From: Eledone cirrhosa
Taxonomy: Eukaryota
Assembly (NCBI GenBank): GCA_964016885.1
Contig: OZ024741.1
Coordinates: 172,546,001-172,610,000 of the forward strand
Length of the DNA stretch: 64,000 nt
Direction of reading: 5' to 3'
Shown: piece by piece, positions 43,666 through 59,875 of the stretch
Layout: each line of letters starts with the position of its first letter
How positions within the stretch are numbered: the first letter of the stretch is position 1
The notes under the pieces: model-generated
The model's database searches: none
Seen by the model: only the letters and a program-made list of their open reading frames with translations
What the model was told of the DNA's origin: nothing
Translations under genes and position numbers: made by a program

Positions 43666-46600
43666 ATTGTTATACTTGGGGAGGGTCATATTTGTGTAAT
43701 ATTGCCAGAATTAATAACAGAACACACTCACTGTTTGGTTGGTCTTCGCTTTTCGCTTCTGTGTCTTTTATATCGGTAATCTACTTTATTCGGTCCTCAA
43801 TGTTGCCATTGACTGACCAACGGTCAAAAATACAGATACAATATAGACACAAACACATATATATAGTTTATCAAAGTTCTTTCGTTGCACATCTGCAACA
43901 ATGTCAGTGGTGCTATTGTTTCCTCCCGTTACATTGTATGTCTACGCCATCTTTATTTAGTCTGTTTATATATTTATTTATTTATTTGTTTGTTTGTTTT
44001 ATTTTGTCTTCTTTGCGCATGCGTTTGCGTGTGTGTATAGTGTTTTGTTTGATGTGTGTTCGTGATTGGGTCACTGTGTATCGGTTAATGTATTCTATCT
44101 TTACTAGTGTGTGTTTATATGTGTTTGTTGTCATTGTGCTTGTGTATGTATTTATTTATTTATTTATCTATTTATTTATTTATACTTCTCTTAGGTCAGT
44201 GTTGTTTGTTTGGCTGTTGTTGTTATTCCATTCATTCTTTCTGTTTAATCTTGGCCTTCTAAGTTCTATTTCGCTGGCCTCTCTGATTTGCCTATCTGCT
44301 GGGTCATTTCTATGTTTAGATATTATTCTAATTTCTATGTTGTCTATGTTACCGTCGTGTTGTTGTCTGGCATGTTCTTATAGTACTGACCCGTTTTTTC
44401 GTCCTTTTAGTTCCCCCCAATGTTGGTCTATCCTTTCACCTATGCTACGAGCCGTCTCGCCTATGTATGTTGTAGTCATGTTTCTGCAAGTACCCTCTGT
44501 ACATCTTATGCTATAGACTACGTTTCTAGTTTTACAGTTTATCCGGGGGTTTACCTTACATATGATACATTTCCTATTAGTACAGTGGGTTTTCTTAAAA
44601 GGATAGGTTTTGCTGATCAGGGATTTTATGGTGGTTCCTCGCTTTTCTACCACCTTAATCTTTAAGTGGGTCTTTCTCAGGGCCTTTCTACACTGGTTAG
44701 CTAATTTCCCTCCAGGGGTATCGTCCACAAACATGACACTCTGGTATCTCTGGTTGTCGTACCATGAGGTGGCTTTCCCTATCTTATGTCTTATGACCAC
44801 AAGACAGTCGACGACCCGACAACAGGACCACCAACAAGACCCGTATGCGGAGCTAATATAGCTAGCAACTACAGGATCTCCTACTTCCTCTCAATGGTTA
44901 TACGCCCCATAATCAAGATGTCCCCAGATGTATGTGACAGTACAGAGGACCTCCTCAGCAGAATCAGTGAGTGCAACAAAAACAGGAACCTATCCAACTG
45001 CATAATAGGCAGCATGGATGTGGTATCACTGTACCCATCCATTAACATTGATTTTGCTGTGGAAAAATGTGTGGATATGATCATTGAGAGTGAGGTGGAG
45101 TTCAGCGACGTCGACACAGACGAACTGGGCCTCCTATTTAGACTTACCTACGACACTGACTACCTAGATAGCTATGACCTTAGACGTTTCTGCCCTAGTA
45201 GAACCATAAGAGGTGGACCCCCCACCATAACCTCAATGGCAAAAAAGACTCCCATGGGAAGGTGGATTAGGTGGACCAAAGCTATACGGACCCCCCAAAA
45301 CAATGATCAGGTAAGAAAAATGGTCGCACATGCAATAGGGGCTAGTATCAAAACTACCCTAAAGGGCCACATATTCAAGTTCAACGAAAAGATCTACACC
45401 CAAAATGAGGGAGCAGCCATTGTTGTCAGCATAGCTGGTGATGGTGCCAACCTTTTTATGGTATGGTGGGAAAGGAGACTTAAAGATCTGCTTAATGAGA
45501 GCTCCATAGACCTCATCATGTACTCTCGTTACGTAGACGATATCAATATAGTTATAAGAACATCCCCACTAGCGAGCACTAACAAGTTTGATTTAGAATG
45601 TAGCACAATGGAAAGCATCCAGCAGATAGCTAATTCCATACACCAGAGTATAACTGTAACTATCGACTACCCTTCCAAACACCCTAACAATAGACTACCT
45701 GTATTAGACACGGAACTCTGGATTAACACTGTAGACGAGAGAGCCCAAATTCTCCACTCACACTATGCTAAACCCATGGCCTCCAAATACCTGATACTCA
45801 AAAACTCAGCAATGTCCAGTAGTGCTAAGTTTAATATTCTGATCGCAGATTTGGTACGAGTGATGAAGAATGTGTCCCGCATGTGCGACCCAACAGAAAT
45901 GGAAAGACACATCCAACACTTCATCAACCGCATACAGTTCTCTGGCTACAACCAAAGAGACAGAGTCAGAGTATACGAAGGAGCCATGGAGAAGTATAAG
46001 ACCCTCATAGAACTGGACATGAAAGGAATTTGCCCATTATACAGGAGCAAATCATGGAATAGCTTAGATAGGACTAGACATAAGATAGGTAAAGCCACCT
46101 CATGGTACGACAACCAGAGATACTAGAGTGTCATGTTTGTGGACGCTACCCCTGGAGGGAAATTAGCTAACCAGTGTAGAAAGGCCCTGAGAAAGACCCA
46201 CTTAAAGATTAAGGTGGTAGAAAAGCGAGGAACCACCATAAAATCCCTGATCAGCAAAACCTATCCTTTTAAGAAAACCCACTGTACTAATAGGAAATGT
46301 ATCATATGTAAGGTAAACCCCCGGATAAACTGTAAAACTAGAAACGTAGTCTATAGCAGCATAAGATGTACAGAGGGTACTTGCAGAAACATGACTACAA
46401 CATACATAGGCGAGACGGCTCGTAGCATAGGTGAAAGGATAGACCAACACTGGGGGGAACTAAAAGGACGAAAAAACGGGTACGAACATGCCAGACAACA
46501 ACACGACGGTAACATAGACAACATAGAAATTAGAATAATATCTAAACATAGAAATGACACAACAGATATGCAAATCAGAGAGGCCAGTGAAATAGAACTT

Positions 46601-47246
46601 AGAAGGCCAAGACTAAACAGAAAGAATGAATGGAATAACAACAACACCCAAACAAACAACACTGACCTAAGAGAAGTATAAATAAATAAATAGATAAATA
46701 AATAAATAAATACATACACAAGCACAATGACAACAAACACATATAAACACACACTAGTAAAGATAGAATATATTAACCGATTCACAGTGACCCAATCACG
46801 AACACACATCAAACAAAACACTATACACACACGCAAACGTATGCGCAAAGAAGACAAAATAAAATAAACAAACAAACAAATAAATAAATAAATATATAAA
46901 CAGACTAAATAAAGATGGCGTAGACATACAATGTAACGGGAGGAAACAATAGCACCACTGACGATGTTACAGATGTGCAACGAAAGAACTTTGATAAACT
47001 ATATATATGTGTTTGTGTCTATATTGTATCTGTATTATTTTTGACCGTTGGTCAGTCAATGGCAACATTGAGGACCGAATAAATTAGATTACCGATATAA
47101 AAGACACAGAAGCGAAAAGCGAAAACCAACCAAACAGTGAGTGTGGTCTGTTATTAATTCTGGCAATATTACACAAATATGACCCTCCCCAAGTATAACA
47201 ATATTTGTTTCGACACACGATTTCATATAAAAAACCTTGCAAAACT
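43666..47246 (+). mobile_element. Nematis-like Penelope element, 5'-truncated, with a 1.1-kb inverted 3' copy (43666-44791)
   Basis: 43666-44791 is the reverse complement of 46076-47202. TA tracts at both ends. Confidence 0.92.
44792..46681 (+). pseudogene. PLE RT + GIY-YIG ORF, 5'-truncated, with in-frame TAG at 46124-46126
   Basis: RT motifs IGSMDVVSLYPSI, YTQNEGAAI, YSRYVDD, PVLDTELW. EN motifs CIICK..NCKTRNVVY...YIGETARSIGERIDQH. Confidence 0.9.
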
Positions 47247-47258
47247 ATATATATATAT

Positions 47259-48104
47259 GTTTCTTTTATTTGCCACTAGGGCATCAAAAGTGAGACAAGT
47301 ACAAAGGGGGGGAGTTTACAGAAAAAGGCGTCCTCAATAAGGAGGAGGCAATAACAAAATATAAAAATAAAATAAGATATAACAAAAAATAAAATTTTTA
47401 ACAAAATCCTCAATAGAGAGGAGGCGCCTTGGGGGGTCGCACACACCCCCGAAAAAAGTGTGCAACCCTTCTCCTCAGGAGCACAGAGAAGGGGGTGCTC
47501 CCTTGATCTTTCATCTTCCTCACCTATAGTCTGATGTAGAGTGAAGGCCCATTCACACGGGCCATTCTCGCCACTTTCACCCATCTTTCATAGAAACGGC
47601 TGGGGTGCAGCACCTCTCTCTCCATCCTGATCCTTCTTCCGAAATGATATCGGAAGAAACGGACCAGTTGTTGGCCAGAGAGAAAGGTGCCTGACCTCAG
47701 TCCTTTCAGACGCGTCCACCATACAACCTCTTTCGCCATGGCTATTACGCACAGAAACACCGCCTCTGCTTCATCTTTGAAGGGGGGAGGCGGCTTGATC
47801 ATTACAATAGACTCGGTGGTCAACCGGATCGGTCCCACCCTTGACAGCAGTTGTTCGACATAGCCCCACAGATCGGCTACGCCCGAGCAGTGTACCAATG
47901 CGTGTGCAACGGTTTCCTCGTCGCACACGCATCTGGGACAGATCTTTTTGGCGGGGTCCCTACCCGGGCGCCCGTGTCTGTAGAGCCTTTCTCGAACGGG
48001 TAAAGCCCCTCGGTAGCACTGCCAGGCCAGGGACTTCTGGAAGTTGTCCATAGGTCCCGGGCTGAATGTCCTACCGAACAGGCTGGCCAGTTCGTCCTCC
48101 TCCA
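47259..48104 (-). mobile_element. Tx1/L1-clade LINE 3' fragment with about 21-bp TSD
   Basis: ORF 47524..48105 has CPRC..DEETVAHALVHC (CCHC finger). AATAAA lies near the 3' end. TSD TGCAAAACTATATATATATAT at 47238-47258 and from 48105. Confidence 0.85.
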
Positions 48105-48109
48105 TGCAA

Positions 48110-48186
<77 letters not shown>

Positions 48187-50429
48187 CACATATATATATA
48201 CACTCCCTAAAGCCACATTCCAATGATAGAATTTTTCCTACAAAACTCCTGCTGCTTCTACAGAACTTACTTCTAACTTACAATCCCCTATCCCCATTTG
48301 AACTATTGAACCCTCAATTAATACAATACACACACAGGATGTTTTTCAAAACACAACTTTCTTCTGTGAAGAAAAATAAGTACTACTACCTTCTCTTACC
48401 ACCCAACTTTTGAGCAAGAAGGATAGAAGAAAATTTACTCCAAACATTTGATTTTAATTTTAAATCCTTAGTTTTTAACTCCTATTAATTCTATTTAATT
48501 TTTATTTCAACACTCAACGTTTGACAAGATGGATTTTAATAATACATAGAAACCGGTAATTCTTCATATACTTTATATACATTATAAAACTTTAAAAAAA
48601 AAAAGATGTTTAAAGCGTTAACAATGGGTGATGTTGGGTTAAATATATTCCAAAATGCAAAAAAGATACGGAACAATATTCGTCGAATTTGTAAAGTGAG
48701 ATTTGAACAATGATGGAATTTAATCACTTTCGTGTGGATTTAAAAAGCCATTACAAAAGAAAATGACTTGTGGAGAGCTTATATGTCTCAAAAAAGAGGT
48801 TTGGGTGATCTCAGCTGGAATGTCTTTAGTCAATTGTTTTGGGTTTTCGGGGTTTTTTTCTGTCAAGGCTGAACTTAGTCAGACGCATATCTGGAATGAA
48901 GCGAAGACGGTAGCATTAAGGAGAGCAAATTTTCTTCAAGCCTTTCATACCTGTTAATTAACGACTCGAGCGCTCAAAATACCGTTATCACTAGGTACTG
49001 AGAACTATGCTATGACACTAGTTAAGATGGTTAACCAATACCAACAATATCTGTGGACGCTAAATAATAAATTTCTAAAATGAGAAAACCACAGAATCAG
49101 TTATCTTTAAAATAAGATCGTATAATGTTGATGTCTTCCAATTCTTTGAACTGTGAGGAAATAATCAAATTCTGGACGCTAATATCATAAACACAGTTCT
49201 TATTTAGCATCCGTAGACAAATCAATAACAATTTTTTCAAGTGCAAGAAAATATTGATCTGATAATTAACGGTATAAATAGCATAAATGGTAGGAAAATA
49301 GTTAAACAATTATCGAAGATTTTTGCAGACTATATTATCATGATTTTTCACTTAAGAGACGTAATAAAAATTGATATATCCAAATGGCTTCTCATCTTGA
49401 GATAGAAGTCGTAACACAACGTATGTTTTAATGTTTTTCTTTTATTTTGTGATTAATATACTGCTCATTATATTATTCTTCAAATATACCCAACAAAACT
49501 AAAAGAGGAGAGGAAGTCTCAACATCGACCGACGCAAAATGGAATCTGATCTAATCTACAAAATTTACAAATTTGAACCATAAAAGCCTACTTATTGTGC
49601 ATTACTATGTATAGTAATTTATTATTGTAGATCTTCACCAAAGAGGTTTCATAAAACCGTGTTTGTCAAAAATAAGATTTTTCCTTCACCCGATAGCAAT
49701 TTCAAATTTCAGTGCAGTCAAACGAATTCTAATTTTCAGGATGTAGAGTTGGAGCTCTTCGAGTGTATTAGTTAGATTGAAGAATTGGCTCAGTATTTAC
49801 TTACCCTCAATTGAAGTAGACTAATCTGGTGTCAGTAAAAATGCTGTGTAAAACATAATAGGTTACTCATACCATTCTTAGTTAACTTATTTCTCTCAAG
49901 CATCTCAAGCTTATTGTAATTAGGGAAACACCTGACTGCCAATGTTGCTAGTGATTAAACCCAGGTTGTCAACCGATCAAACAGACATATATTCAAAGGC
50001 AATCAGCTGCGATCATCACGTTCTTTTACCATACATAACATGTATTTTCATATAGATGCCCATATTTGATTCACTTTCACATTTAATTTTATATCTACCC
50101 GAAGGGTTTTAAAGCCCCCTGGTGTTTCGTCACATACCTTGCGTTCCGTGTTCAATTAGGTATTGATTTTGTCTTTGAAGTGTCGATAAAATAGATCCTA
50201 TACTATAAATTTAAAAATAAGGACCCTGAGCTCATGTGAGAATTAGTTAAAAGGCTGAAAGATGCATATGAATGGCATGGTAAAATTCTTGAATAAATTC
50301 CTTTCGCGTATTTAGATATATTCTTTTTCTTTATTTTTTTCATGAACTGTGTTCAATTTATAGTAATGTAGTTTTTATTTTCAACCGAACTAGGTAGACA
50401 GAATATTTACCAGGCATATATGTATTTTA

Positions 50430-51055
50430 CTTGTCTTTACCTGAGATATTCTAACCTCATGCCCGCAATATCGAAGTTGTGATCTCTCAATTCGAGGAAG
50501 TAGCGTTTCTACCTGAAGCGACTCTCTGATCTCCGAGCTACGCACTCTATCGAATAACGTTAGTCGAAAGACCCTTCGGGGGAGTCCCATTTCGGCCACT
50601 TGTATTCGCGATCGTATTTTTCTAACTTCTCCACCTGCTTCAGTTGAACTTCATTTATACGTAGAGTGCACTGCGCAGGCTTCTTTGAGAGGAATACTCC
50701 GGCATTCATATAGAGACATCAGGGCAACAAGAAGCTGACCATCGATCTCATACTCCAACACAACCTTCCACAGAAGGTCCCGAGGAACACAGTCATATGC
50801 CTTTTCGAGGTCTACAAAGCAAGAATGCACCTCTTGTCAGTACTCGCACGATTTCTCAAAGACCTACCACAATGTGAATATTTGGTCGGCTGTCCTGCGT
50901 CAGGGACGAAAACCACACTGTTCATCAGCTAGCTTGAACTCGACATCTCTTTGCCAGACAATTGGCATAGACTTTACTGGGGACGCTTAACAAGGAGTTC
51001 CCTCTATAATTAAAATAATCTCTCTTGTCTCCTTTTTTAAAAATTGGGAATATCA
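50430..51055 (-). mobile_element. RTE-clade (Expander/Rex3-like) LINE relic
   Basis: Minus translations EQCGFRP..TADQIFTL, VDLEKAYDCVPRDLLWKV, DRVRSSEIRESLQVETLLPRIERSQLR. Confidence 0.85.
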
Positions 51056-52326
51056 CGGTGGGATGTTCACTGTTGGAATACCTTTAGTTATGAATTATGA
51101 TGAATTCTCCTGAGAATAACGTTAAGGGAACTCATGTCTATAAAATGTTCAGCTATATACACGTCAATTTCATTAGAAGACTGTTTAGTTGATCGAACCA
51201 CTCATCCTCGAAACCAACGACGATCCATTCTATTTTTCCATATAAAAATACAATGAATGGTCAAATTCTAAATCGAAAGAATTAGAGACTTAATTACCTT
51301 TCAAATTAGATCTTACATTGTAGATGTGCTCTAGTTTTTGATGTTAAAATATAATCGAATATTGCAGAATAATATCATAAATATTGTTCTTATAAGTATC
51401 AACAGAAAAATCGATAACAAATTATATTTTAACTGCTAAGAATAGCAATCTGGTACTTAATAGTATAAATAACATAAATGGATGGAATAGAGGCGAACAG
51501 CTAATTATCGAAGATTTTAGTACTTAATACAATAAAAAGTGTTCACTTCAGAGAGGTGATACGATGTATACATGGGGTGATATTGTACTAAATGAAGTAA
51601 GACTACATATTTACGTCAATGGCTGTTTCCAAAATAGTAATTAAGTCTCGGAGATAAAGTAGTGTAAACGCAATAAATGTTCCCCGCCTTTCTTGGGAAT
51701 ATGGTTGCTATTTAGTAGGTCAGGCATCGGTGTAGAGCCTCTCCCTTTTGCTAGTATTATATAGCTGCAGGTTCTGATTGCGCTACAGAAGAAAGGTGGA
51801 ATGTGGTGTTGGTCGGAATACAGCAATATCTTTCCACTTTCTATATTATAATTATTGGCGTATATCTCGAACACAGACTGGGTGAAAATGAGCTTATCGA
51901 TACTACTTCAACTGGAGAGTATTTGACCCCTGAGGGAAATAGATTGTTATTAGGATGAGATAACAAGAAAGTCTGTACACAATAGTTTCATCTGCTAAAT
52001 CTAACAATTTAATCACTTTCCAACATCACCTTACTATTTTCAAAATTAAATCTTTGGCATTTTATTCTTTACTGAAGACATTTAAACCCTGTGCAGTAAA
52101 ACGCCACAACACTCTTAATGATACTTTAAATGTGAGGAGCAGAGGATCGAACAAAATGACGTAGTATTCCGGCTTTTTTGCATTCTTGAGACTAAGTTCT
52201 GTGGCGCAATAGGCAACGCACGGGAAGTTATCTGAGGTGATGTTTTCTGATTTAGGCACAAGGCCAGACAATTGAGGGAGGGGAAATTCAACTAAATAGA
52301 CCCTAGTATATAGTACTGTATTTTAT

Positions 52327-52520
52327 CAGACCTGCCAACCTCTACAAACCCGAACGGGGAGTACCATGAAAAAGTCCCCTAAAACGGGGAGAAACGAGGC
52401 AAAATTGGGAGATCTTCTATAATGTTAGCTATACTTATTTTTACAAAAGAAGACCTCTCACAACCACCCCCAAAGAGGGTGGGAGATCTCCTCGTCGGAC
52501 GGGGATAGTTGACAGGTCTG
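52327..52520. mobile_element. MITE (same family as 14916-15111) inserted in a family 1 SINE, 6-bp TSD TTTTAT
   Basis: TTTTAT-CAGACCTGCCAAC...GTTGACAGGTCTG-TTTTAT, with SINE sequence on both sides (about 52250-52600). Confidence 0.85.
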
Positions 52521-53488
52521 TTTTATTGATTGCGTAAAAATGAAAGGCAAAGTTGACCTACGCGGGATTTGAACTCAGAACAAGCAGGAAAACATACTGC
52601 AAAACATTGTGTCTAGCTCAGTAACTATTATCTCATCCAACACGCTCTGGAATATTCACATTTAATGGCAACATTCAAATCAATTTTGAATAAGATGAAG
52701 AAATTAAAGACACGATGTCAACATCTTACCAAGTATATAATTCAATAATTCCCAATAAAAATCAGCGAAAAAATTACTTTTTCTTGATTCGATTTTTGCT
52801 ATTCTTAGTCAGTCATACGCAAGAGTGCTTTCAGAAATTAAAGGAGCTAACAGCTTTGTTAGCAAGTCTTATCTAAAAAATGTATATTTGGACTTAGTTC
52901 GTAACTATCTGAACAACAACTAACAGATCAGGGAGCCGTTGTTCTGTGTCACGTGAGTATGTGGCAATAGTAGTTCCCTGACATTTTACTGTAAGTAATA
53001 AAGGAATAAATTGAGACCTATCCAATGAAACTGTTGTTGATACTATCTGCCGGTCGTACTCCTGATAAGAGCGTCGCCACTTCGATCTCAAAATGCACGA
53101 AGCGGGAATGAATACAGAAAATCATCCCATCTGATGATTAAAAAATCCCACTAATCCAGCATCCTTGGAGTAGTATTCTATTTACCGGCCTTGAAAATAT
53201 GGAAAGAAATGGTGATCTTGGACGGATTACAACTCAGAACACAACGAGGCATTTAATTTGAGCTCCAGCGACTCTGCTAAGTTGTAGTCTAATTACATAC
53301 ATACATACATGATGATGGCTGCCCCCTCGTTATCGAGTATGGCCATTGCACGAGACAAACATATATATATATTTATATATATATATATAGAGATTTTGAG
53401 TATATGTTGGTTGTATACCAACACCTCAGTATGCAGGTTGGAGCACTCGACGAAGTGCGCAGGTTGGTTTGGTTACTCCGGAGTCATG

Positions 53489-55232
<1,744 letters not shown>

Positions 55233-55404
55233 CATGTATATATATACATATATATACACATACATACATATATATTAATAACAATAATAATAATAATAAT
55301 AGAACAACAATAATAATAACGACAACAACAACAATAATAATATACATATACATATATACACACACACGCACATACATAAACATATCTATACACACACACA
55401 CACG

Positions 55405-56022
55405 ATAGCAACTAACAGCGCTGCGATCGATCGAATGTGGCTTTTTAGCCCAGTCAATAATCTAAAATGTCTTGCACAGAGTCGGCATCCAAAACATTCA
55501 CTGGGAATAGCTGGCTGTGGTTGGAGTTCATGTACTTTTGCATGTCGCTTGAGCCCTCCTGCTGATTTACATTCTCTACCACATGCTTGGCAAGCATGAT
55601 GAGTAGCATCTCCAACAGCAGCCTGGTAGTCAACCACTGGTCTTACTTTATGCCTGCGAAGATGACTTTCGAGTCCAGCTTTGCTTAGGCAGAGTCTCGC
55701 ACAGACGCTGCATGTCAGCACCATAAGAGGACCCTCGCATCTGGAAGTGCAACAGCAATGCCCTTCCTCACATCCCGCTTTACTTTCTCGTATGCGATTC
55801 GAGATGCCTCAAAGGCAACTTTTCCCTCATCTACAGTCTTTCTCCATTTATTACTATCAGCAGCAATATTTTCCCATGTATCAACAGAGATGTTAGCGTC
55901 TTTCAAAGAGGCTTTCAAGGAATCCTTATACCTCTTTTTTGGTTTATGTGGCAGTCGTTTTCCTTTAACTAACTCTCCATGAAAGAGTTGTTTTGGTATT
56001 CTAGAATCCTTCATGCTGGCAA
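55405..56022 (-). mobile_element. RTE/BovB-like LINE C-terminal fragment with three C2H2 fingers
   Basis: MKDSRIPKQLFHGEL..GKR...PKKRYKDSLK...WENIAAD...WR, then CSVC..H..H, CQAC..H..H and CRLC..H. Confidence 0.85.
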
Positions 56023-56086
56023 TACATACATACATACATACATACATACATACATACATACATACATACATACATACATACATACA

Positions 56087-59000
56087 TAGAAACATCGCGA
56101 ACAGTCGCATATTTTGGCGTGGGAGACTATTTATTAAATTTAAGATGAATACTATCTCCGACAGTAATGCCACAACTACAGTCATGTTGAATAACTGGTT
56201 ATTCTTCTAACTATATCTTCTGAAGACACCTTTTATTCGAATTTGTAGAGATTTCCGACTAAATACATAATTCGTTTTACAGGGATTTTTAATAATGATT
56301 TATTTAATTGTTATAAAATGGCAAAAATCAATCCCTCTATTGGCTATATGAACAGAATGAAGCTACACTGGGACGAAATAGACCCAGAGCTAAATTATTT
56401 GACAGTGAAACAATTACGCCAACAAGCAACGTTTATTGAACGTAAAAATAAGATAAATATTATTAATTGTAAGTCTCCCACAAAAAAACATGCGATCAAC
56501 AACACGTGCTACAGGTCGCCATGATACTAGACTTCCTATCAGCCAGGTCGAACAGTGCCTTGAAACAACTATGCCTGTAAGAAACTTGACACCACGTGTA
56601 CCATTAAAGTCTACCTCGAATGCTGGGGAAAACACTATCGATAATAATAATAATCTAAGAAATTTGACACCACGTGTACCATCCGAGTCTACCTCGACTG
56701 TTGTGGAAAATACTATCGATAATGATAATCAAAAGTATAAACAATTGAAATTTTCCCTCAACGAAATCTTCCAGAGAGAAATTAATTCATGTATAAAAAT
56801 CTCTCTTGCTGAACGTATTAAAACGACAATGTTTAATAAAAAACAAATAATGAAATACTACGTGTTATTGACGAAATAGGGGATGAATATTTACGACGGA
56901 TAAAAAGCCCAACATTTTGGCAAATCAACGCCTGTTTATATGACCTAGCAACGACAGTGTCACAGTGGTGATAGCAGAGATATTAACAAGAATAGAACAC
57001 CACCAAAAATACCATCATATATAACTAAAATAGAATAAAAGATTGCTGATCTACGAAAAACCATAGGACATGTGACAATGCTCCTTACATGCAAACAAAC
57101 AAAAAAATCCTCACTCCTCACCAACAAAGAGTGAAAAATGAAATAGAGACGATGTTTGGTAACAGTAGAACCAGAACTCTCCAATATAAGCTGATTACCC
57201 TCAAACAAGAATTGAGAGCTGTTAGCGAAAAACGCCGATACCTGAAGAAGGTAGATGAGAGAAAAGTGCTTAATAAAAGATTCAGACGAAACCAAACATC
57301 AGTCTATAGAGATATGAAGGGCAAAATAATAAGTGTCACTGAGGCGCCATCCCAGAAAGACATAGATTCCTTTTGGAGCAAAATATGGGGTGAAAAGAAG
57401 AATTTCAACCAAGATGCAGTGTGGCTAAGAGAAATCCGAAAGAACTATTGCTCCTACACTACAACAAAAACATACGAAATAAGTGAGGGTACCCTTGAGA
57501 CTGTGATAGGAAAACTCCAAGATAAGAAAACACCAGGAAGAGACATGATTGTCGGCTACTGGTACAAAAAACTGAAATTCTATAAGAGGTATCTTACTGA
57601 CTCTACCAACAAGTTCTTAAGGGAGATACACTTATACCAGAATGGTTGACATTAGCACAAACATTACTGGTCCTCAAGAACAAAGACACCCACTTGGCAA
57701 AAAACTACCGACCCATTGAATGCCAGAACCTGATGTATAAGATGTATACAGCCTGCCTGAACCTATTCCTCCAAGATCACTGTGAAAATAATAACATCAT
57801 CACAGATGAACAAGCAGCTGGAAAGAAAGGGGTTTGGGGATGTGCTGAACAACTCCTAATCAACAAAACTGCGATGTCGGAGGTGTGACAACTTAGGAGG
57901 AATATGACTACAGTCTGGCTGGACTACAGGAAAGCTTTCGATTCTGTTCCCCACTCTTGGATGATAGACGCCCTCCAACTTGCTAAAGTCCCAGACATTG
58001 TTGTCAGAGCCATAGAGAGGCTGTCTTCTTCTTGGTCTACTATCCTAAGGTTAAAGACAGAGAGGGAGGACTCTATTTTCACTGATATAGTATTGCAGGG
58101 GTATATTTCAGGGGGACAGTCTCTCTGTGATATTATTCATCTTGTCATTAAACCCCTTGTCCTTTCTGCTCAAGAAATGTGAGGGATACATCATTGGCTC
58201 ACAGGAGGACAGAAATACGAACCTAACCCATAATTTCTTTGTGGACGATCTGAAACTCTATGCCAAGAACATGGATGGGATGAAGAAAAAGCTTGACCTG
58301 GTTACAATGTTCTCAAAGGATATAGGAATGGAGTTTGGCCAAGATAAATGCTCATACATAACTGTAAAGCGGGGAAAAACAACCCAATATAGCAACATTG
58401 TCATCAATAGCCTAACTGTTTCACCGATATCTGATGAGGACTGTTACAGATACCTGGGGATAGATGAGAACATATCCTATAATGGTATCTGTAATAAAGA
58501 ACGCGTAACCAGGGAATACTACACCCGATTAAGAAAGATCTGGTCATCGGAACTCTCTGCGCAAAACAAAACAGTGGCTCACAATGTGTTTGCTGTGCCT
58601 GTCCTAACACCAACGTTTGGAATACTCAATTGGACGATAGATGAAATCCGAGCAGTTGATGTTGGAACTCGAAAAATACTAAACAACACCAGAAACTTCC
58701 ACATCAAAAGTGACATAGACCGCCTTTACTTGAAACGTAAACAGGGAGACAGAGGCCTAACATCAGTCCAGACAACATTTGAATGTCGCATCATATCTCT
58801 CCGACAACATCTACGAACTTCGAAGCGTAGGAGCCCGTTTCTCGAGCAAGTCTATCTGCATGAAACAGATAAGATCATGAGAGTTGGGAAGGAACTCTTC
58901 GAGAGATATTCCCTGTGCGATAATCAAAAACTCACACCCAGGGAAGTCGCTCAGCAATATCGCAGTGAATCCATGGATGAAAAACTGCATGCTTATCAGC

Positions 59001-59862
59001 AAAAAAATCATGCATGGATATGTTGCCAGGAAGCTCCAGAGTGAGAGCAATATAGATAAGGGAAGTAGTCTATCTTGGACCAACAACCGGTATATTGGCT
59101 CCCACTTTAAAGGATACGCTTTTGCAATCCAAGAACAGGAGATTAACACAAAATACCTGATTCATAAAAGAGATAGGGATGCAGGCAGAACACCTAGATG
59201 TAATAACAAGTGCAGACTCTGCAGAACTAACATCGAGGATATCAGCCATGTCATCAGCAGCTGTCCAAAGATGTCATCGCGGTACTATATATCTATGAGG
59301 CATCATGTAGTGGCCAAAACACTGTATAATTCAGTTCGTAAAAACCCCAGCAGATGCCCAGCAGATGCCAATATAATATTAAAGATTAGTGAAAAGGAGA
59401 ATATTTATGCAAAACTGATGAGAAATCTGCAGATACTCCACCCTGATTACACCTTCAGATTTATGCCTGTGATTATTGGGGCACTGGGGTATGTTAGTAA
59501 CTGCCTCAATACAAATCTTGAGAAGCTAGGCTTCACAGGAACAGAAAGAACACAACTAGTTAGGAAATTACAAGTACAATCCATTAATGGAACAGTAAAA
59601 ATATGTAAAACATTCCAAAGATTTTGCATCTAATAACTGCATATACACATGTACAGATGCAAAGCATATACACATGCACACATACAACTCAAAACATACA
59701 CATCCACACATACAATAACATCCATATCTACACATGCATGCATAAATACATATCTACCTAGTTGATGTTGTGTAAATTCCAATGAGAGAGTCTGGTGTCT
59801 ATGTTAGAAACCGACTCTCCCTCTATTGGTAAAACTTTGTGAAATTATAAAACCAGAAGAAT
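56087..59862 (+). mobile_element. Near-full-length, frameshifted R4/Dong LINE between (ATAC)n tracts
   Basis: KNYRPIECQNLMYK, WLDYRKAFDSVPHSW, GIFQGDSLS, HNFFVDDLKLY, YRYLGIDE, CRLC..IEDISHVISSC, RHHVVAK. Part of the RLE domain is deleted near 59345. Confidence 0.9.
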
Positions 59863-59875
59863 ATACATACATACA

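Noticed and set aside
43692-44516. Hydrophobic 274-aa ORF (and similar at 46351, 38612, 34139)
   Set aside because: Antisense reading of the A-rich PLE strand and (TTTA)n repeats.
44786-46681. Selenocysteine-recoded Naiad-type PLE
   Set aside because: The interrupting codons are TAG and TAA rather than TGA, and the endonuclease is C-terminal, not N-terminal.
51641-53091. Short minus-strand ORFs (77, 69 and 65 aa)
   Set aside because: No recognisable motifs or splice structure; expected by chance.
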